From the NCBI GenBank assembly GCA_934101175.1, contig CAKOQC010000002.1, forward strand, positions 220,424-284,423: a stretch of 64,000 nt of DNA, in the 5' to 3' direction. Position 1 is the stretch's first letter; every line of letters begins with the position of its first letter. The position numbers were made by a program, and so were the translations under genes. This stretch comes from an uncultured Bacilli bacterium. Its GTDB lineage: Bacteria; Bacillota_I; Bacilli_A; RF39; UBA660. Below are positions 18,301-29,067 of this stretch, piece by piece. The notes beneath the pieces are model-generated. The model was not told the origin of the DNA. It made no database searches and saw only the letters and a program-made list of their open reading frames with translations.

Positions 18301-19056
18301 ATGAATAAAATAATAGTAAAGAATAATATTGTTAACAATTATCAAGATGACACTATTAAAATAGAGGATAATATAATTAAAATAGAAAAAGATAGTGATT
18401 ATGAAATAGAATATATAGATTGTGATAAAGTAGAACTTATTATTAATATTATTAATAGTAGAGTAAATATAATGGAAAGTAGTTTTGATAATACATTAGA
18501 AATTGATAATATATATAATATTAATAATGGGGGAGTTAAAATTAATAAATTTTATACTAATGAAGGAGTTAAAGAAAAGATAGTAGTTAATCTAAATAAA
18601 GAAAAAGATTATATCTATTATAACTTTTCTTCAATTACTAAAGGTATAGAAGAATATATAATGGATATTAATCATAATGCTAAAAATACATTAAGTAATA
18701 TTTCTAATAAATTAGTAGCTCTTAAGAATAGTAAGATTAATTTTACAATAAATAGTAACGTATATAAAGAGTGTAATGGATCAATATTAGAACAAAATAC
18801 AAGAATAGTTACAATGGATAAATGTGATGCTAAAATTCAACCTAATATGTTTATAGATTTAGATGATGTAGAAGCAAGACATGGATCAGTAATAGGAACA
18901 TTTAAAGATGATCAGATATTTTATCTAATGAGTAAGGGAATTAGTTATAATGATACATTAAAATTATTAATAAAAGGATATTTATTAGGAAATGTAATGG
19001 TTAATTTTGATGTTAGGAAAAAGATAATAGATATTATTGATATGTATTGGAGGTGA
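18301..19056 (+). CDS. sufD: SufB/SufD-family Fe-S assembly protein, unusually short (251 aa)
   Basis: C-terminal signature 'EARHGSVIGTFKDDQIFYLMSKGISYNDTLKLLIKGYL' matches the SufB/D family. Position between sufC and sufS. Confidence 0.7.
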   Translation: MNKIIVKNNIVNNYQDDTIKIEDNIIKIEKDSDYEIEYIDCDKVELIINIINSRVNIMESSFDNTLEIDNIYNINNGGVKINKFYTNEGVKEKIVVNLNKEKDYIYYNFSSITKGIEEYIMDINHNAKNTLSNISNKLVALKNSKINFTINSNVYKECNGSILEQNTRIVTMDKCDAKIQPNMFIDLDDVEARHGSVIGTFKDDQIFYLMSKGISYNDTLKLLIKGYLLGNVMVNFDVRKKIIDIIDMYWR

Positions 19057-19061
19057 ATAAT

Positions 19062-20261
19062 ATGAATAGAGAAGATTTTTCAATATTTAAAAATAATAAG
19101 ATGGTTTATTTTGATAATGGGGCTACTACTTTAAAACCAGATTGTGTTAGAGAAGAGATAGATAATTATTATAATAAATATACATCAAGTATTCATAGAG
19201 GAGATTATGCTACTAGTTTAAAAGTTAGTGAATTATATGAAGATTGTCGTGAAGAAGTTAGAAGTTTTATTAATGCTAAACATACTAGTGAAATAGTATT
19301 TACATCAGGTACTACTAAATCACTTAACGATATAGTTTTTGGTTATTTTAAATATCATTTAAAGAAAGATGATGAAGTAATTATTACGGAATCAGAACAT
19401 GCTTCAAATGTACTTCCTTGGTTTATGTTAGCAAAAGAATTAGGACTTAAAGTTAAATATATTCCTTTAAATGAAAAGAATGAAGTAACAATAGATAATT
19501 TAATGAAAGTTATTACTAATAAGACTAAAGTAGTATCAATAGCACATATTACAAATGTAATAGGAGATGTTAGAAGTGTTAAAGAAATATCTAGGGTATG
19601 TCATGATAGAAATATTTTACTAGTAGTAGATGCTGCACAAAGTATAGCTCATGAGAAAATAGATGTACAAGATATGGACATTGACTTCTTAGCCTTTTCA
19701 GGACATAAAATATATGGACCTACTGGCATTGGAGTATTATATGGAAAGTTTGATTTACTTAAAGAACTAGTACCACTTGAATATGGCGGAGGAATGAATG
19801 CAATATTTAATAAAGATGGTTATGTTGAATTAAAAGATTTGCCAGATAAATTAGAAGCAGGAACTCCAAATATAGAAGGAGTATTAGGACTATGCGAATG
19901 TATTAAGTATGTTAAAAAAATTGGAATAGATAAAATTAAAGAATATGAACATAATTTAAGAAAATACTTAATAGATAAACTTAATGAATTAGATTTTATA
20001 GAAGTATATAATAGAGATACTGATGGTACTATTGTAGCATTTAATATTAAGGGAGTATTTAGTCAAGATACAGCAATATATTTAGATAAATATAATATAT
20101 GTGTTAGAGCAGGTAATCATTGTGCTAAGATACTTAAAGAAGTCTTTAATATAGCTAATACTTGTAGAATTAGTTTAAGTTTTTATAATACTTATGAAGA
20201 AGTAGATTTACTAATTAATGTACTTAAGAATAGTAAGAATATTTGGGAGGAAATACTTTAA
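19062..20261 (+). CDS. sufS: Cysteine desulfurase SufS
   Basis: GGAGGTG SD before ATG 19062. PLP lysine motif 'SGHKIYGPTGIGVLYG' and active-site 'RAGNHCA'. Confidence 0.9.
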   Translation: MNREDFSIFKNNKMVYFDNGATTLKPDCVREEIDNYYNKYTSSIHRGDYATSLKVSELYEDCREEVRSFINAKHTSEIVFTSGTTKSLNDIVFGYFKYHLKKDDEVIITESEHASNVLPWFMLAKELGLKVKYIPLNEKNEVTIDNLMKVITNKTKVVSIAHITNVIGDVRSVKEISRVCHDRNILLVVDAAQSIAHEKIDVQDMDIDFLAFSGHKIYGPTGIGVLYGKFDLLKELVPLEYGGGMNAIFNKDGYVELKDLPDKLEAGTPNIEGVLGLCECIKYVKKIGIDKIKEYEHNLRKYLIDKLNELDFIEVYNRDTDGTIVAFNIKGVFSQDTAIYLDKYNICVRAGNHCAKILKEVFNIANTCRISLSFYNTYEEVDLLINVLKNSKNIWEEIL

Positions 20262-20683
20262 TGGATAATGATATGAAAAGAAGTATTATATTAGATAATT
20301 ATCAAAATACTAGTAATAGAATGATTCCAGAAGATACTACTGATTATATAAAAATTAATAGTAATAATGTTAGTTGTATTGATAATATAGATATCTATGT
20401 AAAACTAAAAGATAATATAATAGAAGATATTAAGTTTAATGGAGAAGCTTGTGTAATAGCAATATCTAGTACTTCTATTCTTAGTAAGATGTTAATAGGA
20501 AAGACATTAGAAGAAGCAAAAGAAATATTAGATAATTACTTTAATATGATTGAAGAGAAAGATTATGATAAAGAACTTCTTGGAGAAGCAACAGTATATG
20601 ATGATATATATAAACAACCAGCTAGAAAGACTTGTGCTACTTTATTTGCTAGAGGAATAGGAAAGATGTTTCAAGATGAGTAA
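20261..20683 (+). CDS. sufU: Fe-S scaffold / sulfur acceptor SufU
   Basis: ATG overlaps the sufS stop (TAATG); GGAGG SD. Three conserved Cys contexts: 'NVSCIDN', 'GEACVIAISS', 'ARKTCATL'. Confidence 0.85.
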   Translation: MDNDMKRSIILDNYQNTSNRMIPEDTTDYIKINSNNVSCIDNIDIYVKLKDNIIEDIKFNGEACVIAISSTSILSKMLIGKTLEEAKEILDNYFNMIEEKDYDKELLGEATVYDDIYKQPARKTCATLFARGIGKMFQDE

Positions 20684-20708
20684 TAGATAGTAAAAAATAA
20701 TAATTATA

Positions 20709-20762
20709 AGTAAGTGTTAGAGTGAATATGATTGTATTTACTTTATGACACTTACTTTTTTA
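20709..20762 (+). terminator. Terminator ending the suf operon directly after sufU
   Basis: Arms AAGTAAGTGT / ACACTTACTT enclose a partly paired loop and are followed by TTTTT. Confidence 0.6.
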
Positions 20763-20833
20763 GTGAATAAATATTTTTGATAGGGTAGAATATTAGATTA
20801 ATAGGGTATTATTTAAGTATATGATTATTAAAT

Positions 20834-21145
20834 ATGTTATTATTAAAACCTTATAAAATAGATGTAGATATATCTAAATCATTAAATAATATGAATGATA
20901 AATTATCTAGTAATAAAACGTATGATATGGTATTAGTAGATTCTAGTATAGATACACAAATAGAAGAATATAATATTAATTTACTTAGAAAGTTTGTAGG
21001 ATATAAATTTAGAGCAATAATTATGTTATCTAAAGGGAAAGAAAAAGATAAGAAAGAATTTCTTGATCAAGGATATGATGATTATATAATTAAACCTATA
21101 AATAAGAAGAATATTAATGAGATATTAGTTAAATATTTAAAATAA
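20834..21145 (+). CDS. Receiver (REC)-like fragment lacking beta1 and the acidic pocket; possible gene remnant
   Basis: 'YDMVLVDSS' (phospho-acceptor Asp context) and 'YDDYIIKPI' (conserved Lys) align with the C-terminal three-quarters of a CheY-like domain. There is no 'DD' N-terminal strand and the SD is poor. Confidence 0.35.
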   Translation: MLLLKPYKIDVDISKSLNNMNDKLSSNKTYDMVLVDSSIDTQIEEYNINLLRKFVGYKFRAIIMLSKGKEKDKKEFLDQGYDDYIIKPINKKNINEILVKYLK

Positions 21146-21227
21146 TGTATATTAATAAAATAAACTTGATGTATATTTTATCATTTAAATTAGATATATG
21201 TTATAATGATGATATGGAGGAACTAAT

Positions 21228-21830
21228 ATGGAATATGATATATATCAAGTAGTAAATATGAAAAATAGATATTTAGAATTAAAGAAGTATTTAGATAAGA
21301 TAGTATTTGTTAAAAGAGATAAGAAAGATGTATTAGATGTAACTTCTTTAAATAGATGGTTAATTGAAGTAATGAAATTTTATAAGAAGTGTGGAATTAA
21401 TCTAGATTATCGTGATTTTTATAATTTTCATAAAGATAATATATCGGATTATAAAAATAGAAATGATAAGATTAATAAATATATGAAGGTTTTTTTTGAT
21501 AATATAGATAGACCTGATAGTGAAGAATTTATAAACACAATATTTAGTTTTAAAGATATTAGTTTAGATAATGATAATGATATAGATAATCCTATATATG
21601 AAGAGATAGTTGTTATGATAAATAATCTTAATAATAAATATAAGAATATATTTGATAGGATACTTATTAAGTTAGAAAAAGATTATCGTGATTTAGGACT
21701 TGATAAGGAATTATTTAGTTATCAGAGAATGGATGAACTTGATAATATTGTAAATTCAAGAATAAATATTACTCTTAATAAGATAAATAGTATGTTATTA
21801 GAACAAGAAAAAGCTAATAAAAAAAGATAA
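21228..21830 (+). CDS. Hypothetical 200-aa protein
   Basis: Good GGAGG SD. No TM segment or known motif. Confidence 0.5.
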   Translation: MEYDIYQVVNMKNRYLELKKYLDKIVFVKRDKKDVLDVTSLNRWLIEVMKFYKKCGINLDYRDFYNFHKDNISDYKNRNDKINKYMKVFFDNIDRPDSEEFINTIFSFKDISLDNDNDIDNPIYEEIVVMINNLNNKYKNIFDRILIKLEKDYRDLGLDKELFSYQRMDELDNIVNSRINITLNKINSMLLEQEKANKKR

Positions 21831-21896
21831 GAATTATGTCTATTAGATATAGTTCTTTTTATCTAGAATGATAATACCTTTTATTAGGGAGGTATT

Positions 21897-24476
21897 ATGA
21901 TAAATAATAATGGTCTTAGTGATGAAGAAGTAATTATTAATAGAGAGAAATATGGAGAAAATATATTTACTAAAAAGAAACAAGATACTTTTTTAAAGTT
22001 ATTATTAGAAACATTTTCTGATCCAATAATAAAAATATTATTAATAGCATTAGGTATAAAAGTAATATTCTTATTTAAAGATTTTGATTGGTATGAAACA
22101 GTAGGAATAGTATTAGCTATTTTAGTAGCATCATTAATATCTTCAATTAGTGAATATGGTTCAATGAGAGCTTTTAATAAGCTTACAGATGAATCTTCTA
22201 AGATAAATGTTAGAGTAAGAAGAGGGGGAAGTGTTAAGAGTGTTCCTCTTAGTGATGTGGTAGTTAATGATATAGTAGTCTTATCAACAGGTGATAGAAT
22301 ACCTGCTGATGGAATTATTATAAATGGACATATATCAGTAGATGAATCAATGATTAATGGAGAAGCTAAAGAAGTGTATAAAGAAGTAGGTAGTGATAAT
22401 ACATATTTATATATGGGAACAGTAGTATATTCAGGAGATGCTTTAATGTTAGTTAGAAGTGTTGGCGATAATACCTTTTATGGAAAGATGGCCTTAGAAT
22501 TACAAGAAGAAGATACAGAATCACCACTTAGAATTAGACTTACAAAGTTAGCTCAAGATATTAGTAGAATAGGATATATATGTTCAATATTTGCAGTAGT
22601 ATCATACCTATTTTATATGATAGTTATTAGTAATAATTTTAATACTAATTTAATAATAAATACCTTAAAAGATGGTAGATTAATGTTTGGTTATATCTTA
22701 GATGGACTTACCTTATGTGTAACAATTATAGTAGTATCAGTACCAGAAGGATTACCAATGATGATTACTTTAGTACTTAGTTCTAATATGAAAAGAATGC
22801 TAAAAGATAATGTTTTAGTTAGAAAACTAATAGGAATAGAGACAGCTGGTAATATTAATGTTTTATTTACAGATAAGACAGGAACAATTACTTCAGGGAA
22901 ACTATCAGTAGTAGGATTTATTTCTGGTAATGGAAAAGATATTGATTATAACTTAATTAATAATAATTATAGAGATATATTTAATATGTCAATGTATATG
23001 AATAATGAGAGTGTTTGGGATACTACAACTGGAAATATTATTGGAGGTAATATTACTGATAAAGCAATATTTGATTATGTAAAGAATCTTAATTTGAATT
23101 ATGAAATAATTAAAAGAGAAGCTTTTGATTCAAAGAAGAAGTATATGTATACTAAGATTAGATATAATGGACATGTATATAATTTGATGAAAGGAGCATA
23201 TGAAGAAGTTAAGAAGAAGTGTAATAGTTATTATGATAATTTAGGTAATAGGCATAGTTTAGGAGATACTAGTGATGTAGATAATATTATTAAGAAGATG
23301 GGTTTAAATAAGATGAGGGTTATTGCTTTAGCGATAAGTGAAGATAGAGAACTTATTGGGAATATGACTTTAGTAGGATTTATTATTCTTAAAGATACTA
23401 TTAGAGATAATGTTGATATAGGGATAGATTTAGTTAGACATGCTGGTATTCAGACAATAATGATAACAGGAGATAATAAAGAGACTGCAGTAGCTATTGC
23501 TAAAGATATAGGACTTATTACTTCAGGAGACGATTTAATAATTAGTAGTGATAGATTACAACTTATGAATGATAAAGAGATTATGAAGATATTTCCTAAA
23601 ATAAGAGTTATTGCTAGAGCAATGCCACAAGATAAAAGTAGATTAGTAAATATAGCTAAGAATTTAGGATTAGTAGTAGGAATGACTGGTGATGGAGTAA
23701 ACGATGCCTTGGCTTTAAAGAAAGCAGATGTAGGATTTGCTATGGGAAGTGGAACAGAAGTAGCTAAAGAAGCAGCAGATATAGTGATACTTGATGATAA
23801 CTTCTATTCAATAACTAATGCTATTTTATATGGAAGAACAATATTTAAAAGTATTAGAAAGTTTGTTATATGTCAACTGACAATTAATCTATGTAGTTTA
23901 CTTGTATCAATAATAGGACCATTTATAGGAATACCAGTACCTATTACAGTTATTCAAATGTTATGGATAAATATGATTATGGATACATTATCAGGATTTG
24001 CCTTTTCTTATGAACCAGCATTAGTAGAATATATGTATGAAGAACCTAAGAAGAAGGGTGAAAATATTATTAATAGTTATATGATGAATCAAATAGTTAT
24101 AACAGGAGTGGTATCATTTATACTATGTATATTCTTTTTAAAGAGTAGAATTACTAATACTATATTTCAAGATGATATATTGACAGCCTTCTTTGGTTTA
24201 ATAATATTTATTAGTATTTTTAATAGTTTTGATGCTAGAACACATAGACTTAATATTATGGCTAATATAACTAAGAATAAAGTATTTATTGGAGTTATTA
24301 CTTTTGTTATATTAATGCAAATATATTTAATTTATTATGGGGGAGAAATGTTTAGAACTAGTGGCCTTACAATTAAAGAATTTATTATTATGTTTATGTT
24401 TTCATTAATGATTATTCCAATAGATTTTATTAGAAAATTAGTATTAAAGAAGATGAATAAAACTTTAGGAGTATAG
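21897..24476 (+). CDS. P-type (type II) Ca2+-transporting ATPase
   Basis: 'DKTGTIT' phosphorylation site, 'VPEGLPMM', 'TGDN', 'GDGVNDALALKKADVGFAMG', and about 10 TM helices. Confidence 0.9.
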   Translation: MINNNGLSDEEVIINREKYGENIFTKKKQDTFLKLLLETFSDPIIKILLIALGIKVIFLFKDFDWYETVGIVLAILVASLISSISEYGSMRAFNKLTDESSKINVRVRRGGSVKSVPLSDVVVNDIVVLSTGDRIPADGIIINGHISVDESMINGEAKEVYKEVGSDNTYLYMGTVVYSGDALMLVRSVGDNTFYGKMALELQEEDTESPLRIRLTKLAQDISRIGYICSIFAVVSYLFYMIVISNNFNTNLIINTLKDGRLMFGYILDGLTLCVTIIVVSVPEGLPMMITLVLSSNMKRMLKDNVLVRKLIGIETAGNINVLFTDKTGTITSGKLSVVGFISGNGKDIDYNLINNNYRDIFNMSMYMNNESVWDTTTGNIIGGNITDKAIFDYVKNLNLNYEIIKREAFDSKKKYMYTKIRYNGHVYNLMKGAYEEVKKKCNSYYDNLGNRHSLGDTSDVDNIIKKMGLNKMRVIALAISEDRELIGNMTLVGFIILKDTIRDNVDIGIDLVRHAGIQTIMITGDNKETAVAIAKDIGLITSGDDLIISSDRLQLMNDKEIMKIFPKIRVIARAMPQDKSRLVNIAKNLGLVVGMTGDGVNDALALKKADVGFAMGSGTEVAKEAADIVILDDNFYSITNAILYGRTIFKSIRKFVICQLTINLCSLLVSIIGPFIGIPVPITVIQMLWINMIMDTLSGFAFSYEPALVEYMYEEPKKKGENIINSYMMNQIVITGVVSFILCIFFLKSRITNTIFQDDILTAFFGLIIFISIFNSFDARTHRLNIMANITKNKVFIGVITFVILMQIYLIYYGGEMFRTSGLTIKEFIIMFMFSLMIIPIDFIRKLVLKKMNKTLGV

Positions 24477-24615
24477 AAAATTAAATAAACTCTTAATGAT
24501 TATGATGTTTACTATACATAGTTTATATCATAATTTAAGAGTTTTTTGCAAGAATTAAAAAAACTACTAACAAAAATGCTTTGTTAATAGTTTGAAACTT
24601 TATTAATCATTTTTA

Positions 24616-25269
24616 TTATTTTATGTGTAACTTATGCATCTTTTTAGTTAAAGTTTTGCTTTGAACAATTAGGGTTTCAATTTTTTTATGATCTACAAAA
24701 CCTAGTCTAATTAATTCATTTAATTCAGTAAAAAGATAGTTCTTTCTTTCAGTAATTGTAAATAGTTTTAACTGTTCATCAACATATCTATCTTCTAGAT
24801 ATTGATACATTCCGGCTTCCAAAAGATGAAGAGTACATAGTTTTTCAGGAAGAGTTAAAACATTAGTTAATTCTTGATAATCAATACCACAAGTACTAGA
24901 CTGATGTAAATCACCTGGTAGGGTAAAACAATAATTTACTTGATTTTTAGAGTTAGATGTAAAGTAGACAGAGTCATTAGTACTAGTTAGATAAGTTTTT
25001 AATTTTTCTTTTCTTTCTAATAAATCATTATCAGTAGTAAAATAAGATTCTTTAGTTCTAATATAATTACCAGAACTTAAGAAGTTTTCATATAATGGAG
25101 TATCTTGATTTGGGAAAATAGGAACATTTTGATAATTATGAATATCATGGAAAAGACTAGATTTATCAGCTTTAGATATTTCTTGTTTTTTATAAGCAAG
25201 AAGTTTTTCTTTATCAAGCTCTAATTTATAAATCATACATCTTCTTGAAGTTGGTTCATATAAATACAT
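24616..25269 (-). CDS. Hypothetical 217-aa protein downstream of ddl
   Basis: Start moved to ATG 25269 (AAAGGAG SD), leaving a 43-nt gap after ddl. No recognisable domain. Confidence 0.5.
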   Translation of the reverse strand: MYLYEPTSRRCMIYKLELDKEKLLAYKKQEISKADKSSLFHDIHNYQNVPIFPNQDTPLYENFLSSGNYIRTKESYFTTDNDLLERKEKLKTYLTSTNDSVYFTSNSKNQVNYCFTLPGDLHQSSTCGIDYQELTNVLTLPEKLCTLHLLEAGMYQYLEDRYVDEQLKLFTITERKNYLFTELNELIRLGFVDHKKIETLIVQSKTLTKKMHKLHIK

Positions 25270-25312
25270 AGAAATCTCCTTTCTTTTTCTGTGTATTATA
25301 GCATAAGATAAA

Positions 25313-26278
25313 TTAATATTCAAGAAGTTTTGTAATTAAGTTTTTAGTAGAGATACCTAGATGTTTAAATAATAGAGGATACATAGATATATCAGTAAAA
25401 CCAGGCATAGTATTTACTTCATTAAAATACAATTTTTTATTATTATAGTCATAGAGAAAATCTATTCTTGATAAGTTTCTAAGAGATAATACTTTAAATA
25501 TTTTTAGAGATAGATTTTTTATTTCATCAGATAGTTCTTTGGGAATATCAGCAGGGATAATTAACTTACTATCTAGAATATATTTAGAATCATAATCATA
25601 GAAAGTATTTGAAGAGCGAATTTCACCTACTTCAGAAGGAATTAATTTTTTAGTTTCTAAGATGGCACATTCTAATTCACGTGATTTAATATACTTTTCA
25701 ATAATAACTTTATTATCATAATTAAAAGCTATTTTAAGATATTTATTTAATTCTTTAAGATTATTAGCAATATTAATTCCAATAGAAGAACCACACTTAG
25801 CAGGTTTTATAATAACTGGATAGTCTAAGTCTATTTTCTTAAGAGATTTGTTTTCGGTTATTACTTGGTAAGGTATTTGAGGAATATTATATTTATCACA
25901 AATAATCTTAGTAAGTTCTTTATCATAACCTAGAATAGAACCTGCTAAGGATGAACCAACATAGTTTATATTGAATAAATCAAACATACCAGATAGATTA
26001 CCATTTTCACAAGGATTACCATGAATGATAGGGAAGATTTTGTCAAATTTTTTTAAATACTCACAAATATTATTTATTTTAGTGATATTTCTGTTTGTCC
26101 AATCTTCTAAGAAAGATATATCATCATGATATTCATACCATATATTATCTTTAGATATACCTACAGCGGTTACTTCATAACGGGATGTGTCAATATTAGT
26201 TAAAATAGTTTTAGCAGATTTACATGATATAAGATGTTCGAAAGAATTACCTCCGAATAAGATTAGTATTTTTTTCAT
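25313..26278 (-). CDS. ddl: D-alanine--D-alanine ligase
   Basis: 'ILFGGNSFEHLIS' N-terminus, an ATP-grasp core and 'EVNTMPGFT'. Confidence 0.85.
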   Translation of the reverse strand: MKKILILFGGNSFEHLISCKSAKTILTNIDTSRYEVTAVGISKDNIWYEYHDDISFLEDWTNRNITKINNICEYLKKFDKIFPIIHGNPCENGNLSGMFDLFNINYVGSSLAGSILGYDKELTKIICDKYNIPQIPYQVITENKSLKKIDLDYPVIIKPAKCGSSIGINIANNLKELNKYLKIAFNYDNKVIIEKYIKSRELECAILETKKLIPSEVGEIRSSNTFYDYDSKYILDSKLIIPADIPKELSDEIKNLSLKIFKVLSLRNLSRIDFLYDYNNKKLYFNEVNTMPGFTDISMYPLLFKHLGISTKNLITKLLEY

Positions 26279-26375
26279 ATTATCAGTCCTTTATATATAT
26301 TAATTATAATTATAGTTAAGTATATTGTCAAATAATGTAAAATATGATATATTAGAATTAAATAAAGGAGGATAT

Positions 26376-27281
26376 ATGACATTAGTTATAATGGCTGCCG
26401 GAATGGGGAGCAGATTTGGTGGTTTAAAACAGATTGAACCAATTGATGAATATGGTAATTTTATAATAGATTACTCTATTTATGATGCGATTAAAGAAGG
26501 ATTTAAAAAGGTTGTATTTATTATTAAGAAAGAGAATTACGATATTTTTAGAGATACTGTAGGCAAGAGAGTAGAAAAATATATTGATGTAGAGTATGTA
26601 TTTCAAGAATTAGATAAGTTACCTTATGGATATAGTGTACCAGAAGATAGAGTTAAGCCTTGGGGAACAGGGCATGCGATATTATGCTGTAAAGATGTTG
26701 TAAAAGAAAATTTTGCAATAATTAATTCAGATGATTTTTATGGAAGAGATGCTTTTAAAGTAATAGCAGAATTTCTTAAAAATGTTAAAGAAGAAAAATC
26801 AATTAATGAATATGCAATGGCAGGATATAAAGTTAAAAATACTTTAACTGAAAATGGTGCTGTTAAGAGAGGAATATGTCAAGTTAAGGACGGATATTTG
26901 ACAAAGTTAATTGAAAGCAATATAGAGAAGAAAGATGGAAAATTAATAGCTACTCCACTAGAAGGAGGAGAAGAATTTGAAGTATCTGAAGAAGATACAG
27001 TATCAATGAATATGTTTGGATTTACCCCAAAAATGTTTGATTATTTAGAAAAAAGATTTCCAGAATTCTTAGATGAACATAAAGATAATCTTACAAAATG
27101 TGAATACTTGATACCTACTATTATATTTGAAGAGATTAATAGTGGTAAGGCTAAAGTAGAAGTTCTTAAGACAGATGCTGTATGGCAAGGAATTACATAT
27201 AGAGAAGATAAAGATAAAGTAGTAAAGGAAATTAAGAAATTAGTAGATAGTGGAGAATATCCTTTAGGTATATGGAAATAG
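26376..27281 (+). CDS. Sugar-phosphate nucleotidyltransferase family protein
   Basis: Start at ATG 26376 (AAAGGAGG SD). N-terminal 'VIMAAGMGSRFGGLKQ' NTP-transferase loop. Substrate unknown. Confidence 0.7.
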   Translation: MTLVIMAAGMGSRFGGLKQIEPIDEYGNFIIDYSIYDAIKEGFKKVVFIIKKENYDIFRDTVGKRVEKYIDVEYVFQELDKLPYGYSVPEDRVKPWGTGHAILCCKDVVKENFAIINSDDFYGRDAFKVIAEFLKNVKEEKSINEYAMAGYKVKNTLTENGAVKRGICQVKDGYLTKLIESNIEKKDGKLIATPLEGGEEFEVSEEDTVSMNMFGFTPKMFDYLEKRFPEFLDEHKDNLTKCEYLIPTIIFEEINSGKAKVEVLKTDAVWQGITYREDKDKVVKEIKKLVDSGEYPLGIWK

Positions 27282-27422
27282 ACTGATTATCAGTCTTTTT
27301 TTCTTGGTAAAATTAGATTATTAACTTGACTTTAGATAAAAAGGACTATACAATAATATTGTATAGTTTAAATTTAAATAATAATTTTTTCTATAAATAT
27401 ATAAAAGAATGGAGGTGTTCAC

Positions 27423-28976
27423 ATGAATGATACTACTTTCTCCATTTTATTATTTATTCTTGGTTTAATAGTTGGAGTAATCTTACTACTAATAATAAAT
27501 TATTTTAAAAATAAACAAAGAGAAAAGAAAGCAGATTCTATATTAGAAAAAGCTAAAAAAGATGCAGATAAGATAAAAAGAGAAACTTTATTTGAAACAA
27601 AAGAAGAAATAAATAAATTAAAAATAGATGCAGATAAAGAAATTAAAGAGAAAAAGAATGAAGTTAGAGAAACAGAAGAACGTATTTTGCAACGTGAAAA
27701 GAATTTAGATAAACGTGATGAAATTATGCAAAATAGGGAAAAAGGACTTGAAGATAGAGAAAAAAATTTATTAAAGAAACAAGATGAAATCCAAGAAATA
27801 AAAGAAAAAATGGAAGATATCAAACGTGAACAATTAGAAAAATTAGAACAAATAAGTGGTTTTACTAAAGAACAAGCTAGAGAATCAGTAATGAAAATCG
27901 TTGAAGAAAAAATGAGTAAAGAGATAGCAGCATATATCAAAGATCGTGAAATAGAAGCTAAATTAGATGTTGATTCAAAAGCTAAAGAAATGTTAGTTAA
28001 TTGTATGCAAAAATATGCTGCAGATGTTACTAATGAACAAACAATATCAGTAATTTCATTACCTAATGATGAAATGAAAGGAAGAATTATTGGTAGAGAA
28101 GGAAGAAATGTTAGAACTATTGAATCAGTTACAGGAGTAGATTTAATAATAGATGATACTCCAGAAGCAATAGTTATATCAAGTTTTGATCCATTAAGAA
28201 GAGAGATAGCAAGATTAACTTTAGAGACTTTGATTAAAGATGGAAGAATACATCCTGCTAGAATTGAAGAAGTATATGATAAGATGTGTAATGAAGTTAA
28301 TCAGAAGATTAAAGAATATGGTAAGAATGCGGTATATGAATTAGGATTATCTAAGATAGATCCAGAATTAATTACAATAATTGGTAAACTACATTTTAGA
28401 ACAAGTTATGGACAAAATGCTTTAAAACATTCAATAGAAGTAGCAAATATCTCAGGATTATTAGCAGCTGAACTTGGAGAAAATATTAATTTAGCTAAGA
28501 GAGCTGGATTACTTCATGATATTGGTAAAGCAATTGATTTTGAAATGGAAGGCAGTCATGTTGACATTGGTGTTGATATAGCTAAAAAATATAATGAAAA
28601 TAAGATAGTTATTAATGCTATAGCATCACATCATGGAGATGTACCTGCTACTAGTGTAATTGCTACAATTGTTAATATAGCTGATACAATTTCAGCATCA
28701 AGACCTGGAGCAAGAAATGATTCATCAGAAAACTATTTCCAAAGACTAGAAAAAATAGAGCAAATAGGAAATGATGTTAAGGGCGTAGATAAAGCGTATG
28801 CTATTCAAGCAGGAAGAGAACTTAGAGTTATAGTTAAACCTGAAGAAGTAGATGACTTAATGTCTTATCAAATAGCAAGAAATATTAAAGAACAAATTGA
28901 AGCAGAAGTACAATATCCTGGTATTATTAAAGTAACAGTTATTAGAGAAACTAGAGCAACAGAAGAAGCTAAATAA
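27423..28976 (+). CDS. rny: Ribonuclease Y
   Basis: N-terminal TM helix, a Lys/Glu-rich coiled coil, KH domain '[15 protein letters not shown]' and HD domain 'LLHDIGKA'. Confidence 0.95.
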   Translation: MNDTTFSILLFILGLIVGVILLLIINYFKNKQREKKADSILEKAKKDADKIKRETLFETKEEINKLKIDADKEIKEKKNEVRETEERILQREKNLDKRDEIMQNREKGLEDREKNLLKKQDEIQEIKEKMEDIKREQLEKLEQISGFTKEQARESVMKIVEEKMSKEIAAYIKDREIEAKLDVDSKAKEMLVNCMQKYAADVTNEQTISVISLPNDEMKGRIIGREGRNVRTIESVTGVDLIIDDTPEAIVISSFDPLRREIARLTLETLIKDGRIHPARIEEVYDKMCNEVNQKIKEYGKNAVYELGLSKIDPELITIIGKLHFRTSYGQNALKHSIEVANISGLLAAELGENINLAKRAGLLHDIGKAIDFEMEGSHVDIGVDIAKKYNENKIVINAIASHHGDVPATSVIATIVNIADTISASRPGARNDSSENYFQRLEKIEQIGNDVKGVDKAYAIQAGRELRVIVKPEEVDDLMSYQIARNIKEQIEAEVQYPGIIKVTVIRETRATEEAK

Positions 28977-29067
28977 GAAGCTTCTTTTCTTTTTTTTACA
29001 AAAAGTTAATTTATGGTTGCAAAAAAATTAAAAGTATTGTATACTCTTCTTAGGATAGGTGATAGAA

